DNA of 64,000 nucleotides, taken from IMG/VR virus record IMGVR_UViG_3300028569_001145, positions 40,702 to 104,701 of that record, one strand, 5' to 3'. Below the pieces are notes generated by a model. That model searched no databases. It was not told the DNA's origin and was given only the letters and a program-made list of their open reading frames with translations. This DNA is from a virus. This document shows positions 56,124 to 64,000 of this stretch, piece by piece (position 1 is the first letter of the stretch; each line of letters opens with the position of its first letter). A program made the position numbers and the translations under genes.

Positions 56124-56456
56124 ATGCCAAATACTTTTATAAATAGAATTTCAGGCTCGATAGGTGCTACAGAAACAAACATTTATACTACACCTATTGC
56201 TACAACTACAACTGTAATTGGTGTTGCTGTTTCAAATCGTTTACAATCAAACATACTAGTAGATGTTAAATTAGTAGAATCAGGCAGTTTAAACACAGCA
56301 TTTTTATGTACAGGAAGTTTAATCCCTCCTGGTTCAAACATAATCCTAGTAGGCGGTGAGCAAAAAGTAGTATTGGAAACTGGTGACCGTTTGACTCTAA
56401 GATCAAATGTTGCTAGTTCTGCGGACATAGTGTTATCGGCCCTTGAAATTAGCTAA
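56124..56456 (+). CDS. small virion protein
   Basis: MPNTF..IYTTP..TTVIG..KVVLETGD; follows the AIALG-ending fibre gene. Confidence 0.75.
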   Translation: MPNTFINRISGSIGATETNIYTTPIATTTTVIGVAVSNRLQSNILVDVKLVESGSLNTAFLCTGSLIPPGSNIILVGGEQKVVLETGDRLTLRSNVASSADIVLSALEIS

Positions 56457-56465
56457 TAGAAAAGA

Positions 56466-57959
56466 ATGAAATATACTGGACTAAATCCAACTGATGTAAA
56501 TAAGGTCGCCAGCGGTTCCTTAGGGGTCTTTGTAGAAAGTACTCAGGTAGGAACTTTTGGAACAAATAGTTTAGTTGTATCTGGTTCAACAACCTTATCA
56601 GGTTCCTTAACTAATATTGGCCCACAAACTCAATCAGGCAGCCTAAATGTAGTAGGGAATACTCTTATAACCGGTTCTTTGACCGTTGTAACTGGTTCCT
56701 CTATTGAGTTACAAGTAACAGACACAGGGGTAAAAATAGGGAATGCTACTGGAGATTCTCATACCATTACCGGTTCATTAGGTACAACAGGTTCAGTCAA
56801 TATTCAAGGCAATACCGGACTAAACGGAACACTTTCAGTAACTGGTTCTCAATATACCTCAGGTACTACCGATGTAGCAACTATACAAGGTTCTACCTCC
56901 GATGGTACTTTACTCAATATCCTAGGTACATCAGGTCAGTTATTTTCTGTAACAGACGGATTATCAGGTTCTTTATTCTCAGTAAATACAATTTCTGGTT
57001 TGCCCGTAGTAGAGGCATTCTCTGATTTCTCATTTGTAGCAGGTCAATACGGGGTTAACAATTTATTTGTTAAAGACGGTAAGGTAGGTATCATGACGGG
57101 TACCCCTCAAGCTACTTTAGAGGTTGCAGGTGGTGCTATTATAGGTGGTGATACTACAATTAGTGGTTCTACGGTTATTACAGGATCTCTCACTATCCCA
57201 CAAGAAGGTGAAACCGATCTATTAAAAGTTGGAGGAACTACCTCTGCCCCTACATTACTTGTAGGTACAAATAATAAAGTAAACATAGGTACTACATCCT
57301 CAGTCTCAACCTTAAATGTAGCAGGTACAACAAACGTACTTACAGTTGAAGGTACTACAGTTGAGGGTAATATGTTTGATGTATATGGCCCCTCAGGTCA
57401 ATTATTTTCCGTTGTAGACGGGTTATCAGGATCGTTATTTAGTGTAAATACTATTTCCGGCGTTCCGGTAATGGAGGTGTTCTCTGACAATACTGTCAGG
57501 GTAGGGCAATACTCAAATCCTCCTTTAGTAATTGCAGGTGCAACAGCTTCTGTATCAGGAACTCTAAATGTAAATTCAGGTAATATTAACGTAACATCAG
57601 GATCAGTTACAATATTTAAATCCGGTTCTAGTCTTTCAGATTCTTTATTTGATGTAGAAGGTGCACAGGGTCAATTATTCTCTGTCATAGATACATTCTC
57701 AGGATCCTTAATGTCAGTAAATGATATTTCAGGATTTCCAATCTTGGATGTAAGATCAGATGATAGTATTACAATGGGTACTTTCGGATCAAATGCTTTC
57801 AGAGTAGCAGGCACTAATGTAAGTGTAGGAGTAACAGCATCAGCCGTACCAACAACCACAGGTTCAGACGGCGAGTTTAGATTCGGTATAGTAGGCGGAA
57901 GTGCCTTCATGTATGTTTACCTAGGCGGTAAATGGAGATCAGGTTCTTTATCGAACTAA
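56466..57959 (+). CDS. repetitive beta-rich fibre protein
   Basis: Three copies of GQLFSV.D..SGSL.SVN.ISG.P...V/A.SD. Confidence 0.75.
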   Translation: MKYTGLNPTDVNKVASGSLGVFVESTQVGTFGTNSLVVSGSTTLSGSLTNIGPQTQSGSLNVVGNTLITGSLTVVTGSSIELQVTDTGVKIGNATGDSHTITGSLGTTGSVNIQGNTGLNGTLSVTGSQYTSGTTDVATIQGSTSDGTLLNILGTSGQLFSVTDGLSGSLFSVNTISGLPVVEAFSDFSFVAGQYGVNNLFVKDGKVGIMTGTPQATLEVAGGAIIGGDTTISGSTVITGSLTIPQEGETDLLKVGGTTSAPTLLVGTNNKVNIGTTSSVSTLNVAGTTNVLTVEGTTVEGNMFDVYGPSGQLFSVVDGLSGSLFSVNTISGVPVMEVFSDNTVRVGQYSNPPLVIAGATASVSGTLNVNSGNINVTSGSVTIFKSGSSLSDSLFDVEGAQGQLFSVIDTFSGSLMSVNDISGFPILDVRSDDSITMGTFGSNAFRVAGTNVSVGVTASAVPTTTGSDGEFRFGIVGGSAFMYVYLGGKWRSGSLSN

Positions 57960-57989
57960 GGTCTTTCTCCATATTTATATTAAAAACAC

Positions 57990-60900
57990 ATGGCTTATGT
58001 TAATGGAAATAAACCCATTGTAACTAATGGTTTGGTTTATGCATTAGATTTTGGGAATACTAAATCATACACTTCAGGAAGCAATACTGCTAGGTCAATA
58101 GTTTTTGATCCTGCAGGTACAACTACTGTTACAGGTTCTACTGCTATACCAACCCTAACTAATGGAGTTTTAAATTTTACAGGCTCTCAATTTGTAAGAA
58201 GAACAGGTTCACTTTCTGTTTTTGATTCTCAAGGTTCTTTCACTGTCCAAATAGTAGGAAAGGCCAACACACCAGGCAACTTATTTTCTATTAATACAAC
58301 CTCTGGAAACCTTGCATCCAATGTAACTCCATCAAGTTCGGTATTTGGGTTTAATTTAAGTTCTGGAGATTTTTCTAGAACATATAGAGGATTTACATCC
58401 TCAAGTTTGCAGCATGTAACTTACCGTTACTCACAAGGCAGTATTGATATTTTTCTTAACGGTATTCCGGTTACTGCCTCTCAGGCAAATACTGCATTAA
58501 CAACCACTGCAATTTCAAATGCATTATTTATAAATTCAGGTTCTAATTTCTTTTCAGGCTCGGTAGCTCAATTTTATGTTTACAATAGGGCATTATCTGC
58601 TGATGAAATCTACGAAAATTACCTAGTTTCCGCTGGTAGAAATAGTCTTCCGACAATTCCTAAACCTTATACACAAGACGAGAACGTATATAAATTTTTA
58701 CAAACAACAGGAATAACAGATTTAGATACAATATCTGCTATTGATACTTTTGTTTCTAATCTAAAATCAAATGGATTATGGAACAAAATGACAGCCATTT
58801 ACCCATTCTTAACCACTAGTACTGGTTCACAAGCAGTGAATCTGAAAGATCCGGGGGTATTAGGATTGGGACTAACAGGATCATTTTCTGCCTCCTCGGC
58901 TGGTTTAACGCCATCTAGTTCAACTTCTTTTATAGAAACTCAAGGAGTAACTACAGATACTTTATATCCAACAGTTAATACTGCTTCATCTCATATCACT
59001 TTATTATCATATGATGTACCTAAAACTAGTTCATACCCTGCTGCTATAGTAGGTGGAGTTGGAGCTTCTGGAGGTGCTATTACTTTTGCTAATGGTAAAG
59101 TAATACATACCTTTACTTCTGGTTCCGGATCTTTTATACCATTACATGCTTCTTTAACAGCTGTAGAAGTATTAGTAGTAGCTGGTGGTGGTGGAGGCGG
59201 TAGAGGTGAGGGAAATAACTATGGCGGCGGTGGTGGCGGAGCCGGTGGATTAATTTACTCTTCATCATTCTCCGTTACTCCTCTTACTACATATACAACA
59301 GTAGTGGGGCAAGGAGGAGCTAGTGGGTCTGGAAGTTCTACTTCTGGATCTAATGGTGAAAATTCACAATTCGAAAGTATAATAACTTTAGGAGGCGGCG
59401 GAGGTGGAGCAGCAGGATTATCTATACCTGGTAATAATGGTAATATTGGTGGCTCCGGTGGAGGAGCAGGAGCGGGGCCTGGAGTTCCGCATATAGGGGG
59501 GTCTGGTTCTATTGGGCAAGGTAATAACGGAGGTAATGTAACAATTACTGTTGTGGGTAATGGTGGTGCAGGTGGAGGTGGTGCTGGTGGTAACGCTCCT
59601 AATAGATCTACATATGGAAGTTTTTCACCTGGAGGGGTTGGATTAGTATATTCAATATCAGGACAACCAGTAACATACTCTGAAGGAGGTATAGGAGGGG
59701 GATTTGTAGAAAATTATGGATTTAATGGATTATCAAATAGAGGTTATGGAGGTAGTGGTACACGATTTGGTACTGCTGGGAAAGGTGGTTCCGGCGTAGT
59801 AATAGTATCTTACCCAGCAATTTCCGGACAAGGTCCTAACAGTGGATTTTTTATAACAGAAGATGCAATATCAGGGTCATCTAACTCAGAATTTTCAGGA
59901 GGTATAACAGGATCAGGAAATATAGGATTTTTAACTGTATCAAGAACAGGTTCTAATTCTTTCTTATTAAGAAAAAATAACGACCAAACAGTAATCAACA
60001 CCCCATCATCAGGGGCTTTTAATTTAGATTTATATTTAGGAGGTGCAAGTTTAGCAGGAGCAACTTCTTCCTTAGGTAACTCAAATACAAGCATATCCTA
60101 TGCCTCAATAGGGGCAGGTCTAACAACCACCGAGGTAGCAACATACTATAACCTAGTATCACAACTACAAAACAACCTAAAAAGACAAAATACTTTATTA
60201 GATAATTTTTCTGGGGCAGCAGCGGCTTATTCTTTAAGAAGAATAGGACCTTCCGGTTACTTTGGACCAGCCATTAGGGTAAGAAGGGATTCCGACAATA
60301 CATTAAGGGACATTGGATTTACCTCCGATGGACAATTAGATACAGTAGGACTGTTGGATTTTGTGGGAGTGACTGGGTCTGGGTTTGTACAGACTTGGTA
60401 TGATCAGTCTGGGAATGGTAGAGATGCCACGCAAGGAACAACTACTAGACAACCATTTATTGCAATTTCTGGATCTGTTACGGTAAGAGAAAATAAACCA
60501 GTATTTCAATTAGATAATGCTACTCAAAAACACTTAATTGCTCCTACCTTAAATACTTTAATAGGAGGAAATAGACTTTCATTTTTCACCGTTGTTCAAG
60601 ATGCAGGTTTTACTGATATGGGAGCTAATGCAACCTCTGGAAACAACGGATTTATGTTAAGAGATTTTAGAACAGCTTCACCGCCCGGATTTTGGTTACC
60701 TCAATTAAATACAGGCAATTCACCTCTGATAAGAGATACAATATATACTGGAAGTATAAAATCTGTTATTTCTATTATATCCAATGAAAGTAGTTTAACT
60801 ACTTATAATAGACTAGATTTTAAAGGATCTGTTGCTGGTAATTACACATTTAATAGTACAAATAATTTTTTAATAGGTAGTATAGGTGGAATTGGAAGTT

Positions 60901-62618
60901 TTTACAGTGAGGCTAGAATATCAGAAATTATATTATATAATACCGATCAAACAAATAATAGATTATCAATATCAACAAACCAATTCACCCACTATTCAAC
61001 TTCAGGTTCAGACCCAGACTATCAATCCTTCATAACAGCCACAGGTATAACACAACCAACCCAATCGGCTGCCCTAGAGACCCTAGTATCGGATTTAAAA
61101 TCATATGGATTATGGAATAAAATGAAAGCCATCTATCCAATGATTACCGACAAAAATAACAGACTGTCTGACTCGCAGACCTTAACCAACAACTGGTTTC
61201 AGATTTCTAGTTCATTGACGGTTTCATCCTCGGCTGCACCAGACGGTTCAAACACCGGATTCTTATTCAAGGAAACTGCAACACCCACCGGGTCATTCAC
61301 TGTAGTAAATAATGGAGCTAGTGCTTATACATTCTCCGGAGATGTTACCGGAGATAATCCAACCTTAACTCTGGAAAGAGGAGTTACTTACAGTTTTTAC
61401 TTAAATGCATCCGGACATCCTTTCTACATTATGACAGGATCTGGAGCATATACTGTTGATGGACAATACAACATAGGTGTAACCGGGCAAGGAACACAAG
61501 TAGGTACACTCACTTTTACAGTACCCAATAACGCACCAGATACCCTGGCTTATGTTTGCCAGTTCCATGGATCAATGGCAGGTACTATTAATGTGATTAA
61601 TAATACAGCTCAGCATTACATTACTAGAACAGTAGTTAATGATGTAATATCAGGCTCAGAATATGTAGTTTCATTCCATGGAAGATACTTAAACAGACCT
61701 TGGATGGCAGTCAAAACTGATGCCGGAGTACAAGGATGGTTTAATGTTCAAACAGGAACAACCGGTTCCTTTACCGGGTCAAATGCTACAGTAACAGCAG
61801 TATCAGGAGGATGGTACAGGTGTGCATTATACTTTACAGCCTCTGAGGCTACTGCACCTAGAGCAGCACAGTTTCATCTGGCAGATGCCGACAACAGTCT
61901 TTCTTATGCTGGTAATACAGCCTCCGGATCTTATATCTGGGGTGTACAATGGGAGAATGGAAATTTGTTAGGTCCTTACAGAGTAACTTCTAATGGATTT
62001 ACTACCGGGTCAATGCTGGATCAAATGAAGTTTAATTTGAAAAATCCGGTTGATACTGATGCTGGGTTTAGATTGACTTACAACGGCAACTGGAATCCAG
62101 GGTATTCAGGAACTAAACCTGATGGAATTACAGCGTATGGAAATGCTTTTATTAGGAACAATGCTATGAGCAGTTCATCCATACACTTGTCTGCTTATAG
62201 TAGAACTAACGCTACCGGTACTGATGGTGCTATAATAGGAAATAGTACAGCTTATTATAATTTGCTAAGGTTAAAAGATTCAAGTAACAACTTTAGAGGG
62301 GGTATTAATGCTAGTACTTTAAACACTGTTTCAAATCCAAATTCAACCGGGTATTATATCGGGTTAAGAACATCACCAACTTCAAATAGATTTTTTAAAA
62401 ATAATATTCTATTAGGGATTTTAACAGATAATGTTGTAGTAGATTCAAATGATCCTATATACATTGGTGCTATTCACCGCTCAGGAGGAGCTACTTTCTA
62501 CGACAATAAGGAGATTGCATTCGCAACAATAGGAGACGGCCTAACCGACTACGAGGCCAAAGCACTCTACTGGATAGTACAAAAATACCAAACCACACTT
62601 GGAAGACAAGTGTACTAA
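57990..62618 (+). CDS. large multidomain virion adhesin (LamG-like, Gly-rich and cupredoxin-like domains)
   Basis: IVTNGLVYALD, VYNRALSADEI, VLVVAGGGGGG, AAAAYSLRR, YVCQFHGSM, two LKS.GLWNKM.AIYP modules. Confidence 0.78.
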   Translation: MAYVNGNKPIVTNGLVYALDFGNTKSYTSGSNTARSIVFDPAGTTTVTGSTAIPTLTNGVLNFTGSQFVRRTGSLSVFDSQGSFTVQIVGKANTPGNLFSINTTSGNLASNVTPSSSVFGFNLSSGDFSRTYRGFTSSSLQHVTYRYSQGSIDIFLNGIPVTASQANTALTTTAISNALFINSGSNFFSGSVAQFYVYNRALSADEIYENYLVSAGRNSLPTIPKPYTQDENVYKFLQTTGITDLDTISAIDTFVSNLKSNGLWNKMTAIYPFLTTSTGSQAVNLKDPGVLGLGLTGSFSASSAGLTPSSSTSFIETQGVTTDTLYPTVNTASSHITLLSYDVPKTSSYPAAIVGGVGASGGAITFANGKVIHTFTSGSGSFIPLHASLTAVEVLVVAGGGGGGRGEGNNYGGGGGGAGGLIYSSSFSVTPLTTYTTVVGQGGASGSGSSTSGSNGENSQFESIITLGGGGGGAAGLSIPGNNGNIGGSGGGAGAGPGVPHIGGSGSIGQGNNGGNVTITVVGNGGAGGGGAGGNAPNRSTYGSFSPGGVGLVYSISGQPVTYSEGGIGGGFVENYGFNGLSNRGYGGSGTRFGTAGKGGSGVVIVSYPAISGQGPNSGFFITEDAISGSSNSEFSGGITGSGNIGFLTVSRTGSNSFLLRKNNDQTVINTPSSGAFNLDLYLGGASLAGATSSLGNSNTSISYASIGAGLTTTEVATYYNLVSQLQNNLKRQNTLLDNFSGAAAAYSLRRIGPSGYFGPAIRVRRDSDNTLRDIGFTSDGQLDTVGLLDFVGVTGSGFVQTWYDQSGNGRDATQGTTTRQPFIAISGSVTVRENKPVFQLDNATQKHLIAPTLNTLIGGNRLSFFTVVQDAGFTDMGANATSGNNGFMLRDFRTASPPGFWLPQLNTGNSPLIRDTIYTGSIKSVISIISNESSLTTYNRLDFKGSVAGNYTFNSTNNFLIGSIGGIGSFYSEARISEIILYNTDQTNNRLSISTNQFTHYSTSGSDPDYQSFITATGITQPTQSAALETLVSDLKSYGLWNKMKAIYPMITDKNNRLSDSQTLTNNWFQISSSLTVSSSAAPDGSNTGFLFKETATPTGSFTVVNNGASAYTFSGDVTGDNPTLTLERGVTYSFYLNASGHPFYIMTGSGAYTVDGQYNIGVTGQGTQVGTLTFTVPNNAPDTLAYVCQFHGSMAGTINVINNTAQHYITRTVVNDVISGSEYVVSFHGRYLNRPWMAVKTDAGVQGWFNVQTGTTGSFTGSNATVTAVSGGWYRCALYFTASEATAPRAAQFHLADADNSLSYAGNTASGSYIWGVQWENGNLLGPYRVTSNGFTTGSMLDQMKFNLKNPVDTDAGFRLTYNGNWNPGYSGTKPDGITAYGNAFIRNNAMSSSSIHLSAYSRTNATGTDGAIIGNSTAYYNLLRLKDSSNNFRGGINASTLNTVSNPNSTGYYIGLRTSPTSNRFFKNNILLGILTDNVVVDSNDPIYIGAIHRSGGATFYDNKEIAFATIGDGLTDYEAKALYWIVQKYQTTLGRQVY

Positions 62619-62637
62619 AATATTTATAATTAAATAA

Positions 62638-64000
62638 ATGGCAACCCAATATTCAAATAAACCTATAGTTACAGACGGTCTAGTGTATGCACTGGATTTT
62701 GGAAACCAAAAAAGTTATGTTAGTGGTTCTGCTACGGCCAATAGTTTAAAATACGAAACCAATCCTACATTTGTTACTGGGTCTACATCTATACCAAATT
62801 CTTTATCTCCGGTTTTATTTTTTACTGGATCACAATGGGTAGAAAGAACGGGATCATTTAGTGTTTTTAACCCAAACGGGATTTTTACTTTATCAATAGT
62901 AGTGAATGCTATAACAGCAGGTACTCTAGTTTCACAAACATCCTCTTTAGGTAATCTTGTCTCTAACGTATCCCCTACATCCTCTGCTTTTGGTTTTGCA
63001 AACCCCAATTACACTAGAGGAATACAGGGATTATCTGCCACAGGACTTAATCATCTTACATATAGATATTCTTCAGGAAGTCTGGATATTTTTTATAACG
63101 GTACTTTGGTTACAGCCTCACAGGCCACCATTTCCTTACCCACCTCATCCGTTGTTGATGAATTTTATATAAACGGTAATAACGGTCTATTAAACAATTT
63201 CTCCGGATCATTGGCAGCTATATCGGTTTATAATAGGGCATTAACTATAAACGAAGTACAGAGCAACTATACTTTATCTAAAATAAGATACGGACTAACT
63301 CAAGAACAAAATTACACTTTGGATGAAAATGCTTTTCTGTTTCTACAATCAGCAGGCATCACAGACCCAATCATAACAGGCTCCATAGACACGTTTGTCC
63401 GTGGTTTAAAAAGTGCCTCTCTATGGGACAAGATGATTGCCATATATCCTTTTGTAGGCACAGGATCAGTTGGGACAAACCTAACCGGATCACACCGTTG
63501 GAATCTTAAAGAGCCGTCTCTAGTAACATACCCATTATCATTTACAGGATCTTGGAATGGATCTACTTCTGGTTCAGCACCCTCAGGCTCAAATACAAAT
63601 ATTTCTACCCAGGTAACACCATCAACATACTACCCATTTTTTAATACACAGTCTGCCCATATATCAATTCTATCTTATGATACCCCAGTATCAAGTTCCT
63701 ACTTGATGGGAACAGAAGGAACAATAAATACCTCCTCTTTTTCCATTTACTATAATTCAGGATCTCAATCAGGATCTATAACCGGTTCTATAAATAATGC
63801 ACCACTTTACGGAATACCATCCTCAGGTCCCCTAGGACTAATCACCGTTTCTAGAACAGGTTCCAATAGTCTGACTATTGCCCGGAACGGGGTTACATCC
63901 TCGTTTGCCGTACCGGCCTCCGGTGCTTTATCAACAGGAATTTATTTGGGTGCAATAAATAATAATGGAATAGCATTAGGAAATTCACCGTTGGGAATTA
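62638..64000 (+). CDS. paralog of the preceding adhesin, truncated by the window end (not in ORF track)
   Basis: MATQYSNKPIVTDGLVYALDFGNQKSYVSGS..YNRAL..LKSASLWDKMIAIYPF; TATTTATA at 62621. Confidence 0.8.
   Translation, partial: MATQYSNKPIVTDGLVYALDFGNQKSYVSGSATANSLKYETNPTFVTGSTSIPNSLSPVLFFTGSQWVERTGSFSVFNPNGIFTLSIVVNAITAGTLVSQTSSLGNLVSNVSPTSSAFGFANPNYTRGIQGLSATGLNHLTYRYSSGSLDIFYNGTLVTASQATISLPTSSVVDEFYINGNNGLLNNFSGSLAAISVYNRALTINEVQSNYTLSKIRYGLTQEQNYTLDENAFLFLQSAGITDPIITGSIDTFVRGLKSASLWDKMIAIYPFVGTGSVGTNLTGSHRWNLKEPSLVTYPLSFTGSWNGSTSGSAPSGSNTNISTQVTPSTYYPFFNTQSAHISILSYDTPVSSSYLMGTEGTINTSSFSIYYNSGSQSGSITGSINNAPLYGIPSSGPLGLITVSRTGSNSLTIARNGVTSSFAVPASGALSTGIYLGAINNNGIALGNSPLGI

Larger units (their letters stand above)
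2161..62628 (+). promoter_or_regulatory. dispersed late-promoter motif TATTTATA
   Basis: Copies at 2161, 3738, 4374, 6931, 9685, 12385, 18318, 23155, 30139, 32279, 33858, 35803, 38817, 41161, 41974, 43398, 47867, 48199, 51483, 56109, 57972, 62621; almost all lie just upstream of a start codon. Confidence 0.85.

Noticed and set aside
7276-63172. Short minus-strand and alternate-frame ORFs inside long genes
   Set aside because: They are nested in well-supported + strand genes and have no motifs or expression signals.
48606-64000. Diversity-generating retroelement template and variable repeats
   Set aside because: Differences between the paralogs are not adenine-specific, both copies are coding, and there is no reverse transcriptase in the window.
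1-64000. Stop-codon reassignment
   Set aside because: Core genes are full length in the standard code, TAA, TGA and TAG all end genes, and no suppressor anticodon is seen.

Overview
A 64-kb segment of a large T4-like (myovirus-type) phage genome. It is AT-rich and all credible genes lie on the + strand. The host is probably a Bacteroidota member, inferred from A-rich starts without Shine-Dalgarno sites, an rrn-type boxA and a TTTG..TAnnTTTG promoter. Positions 1-3.3 kb are a dense non-coding RNA operon containing six tRNAs, a GIY-YIG homing endonuclease and seven tandem tRNA-like units. These units share an AGTCAGG/CCTGACT acceptor stem, a Leu-type D arm and a T arm, but each carries a different self-folding 24-81 nt sequence where the anticodon and variable arms should be. 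They are interleaved with pseudoknotted spacers. Downstream come an HD hydrolase, a gp55-like late sigma factor, a baseplate module, primase, a PD-(D/E)XK exonuclease and a cluster of probable internal-head proteins. The large terminase is fractured by an atypically split intein with a free-standing endonuclease between the halves. It is followed by portal, prohead protease, scaffold, major capsid, PhoH and a run of mosaic Ser/Gly/Thr-rich fibre genes that continues past the window end. Two promoter classes are visible: TTG-N20-TATAWTWA before non-structural genes and TATTTATA before more than 20 mostly late genes. All calls come from reading the sequence by eye; no searches or folding programs were run.
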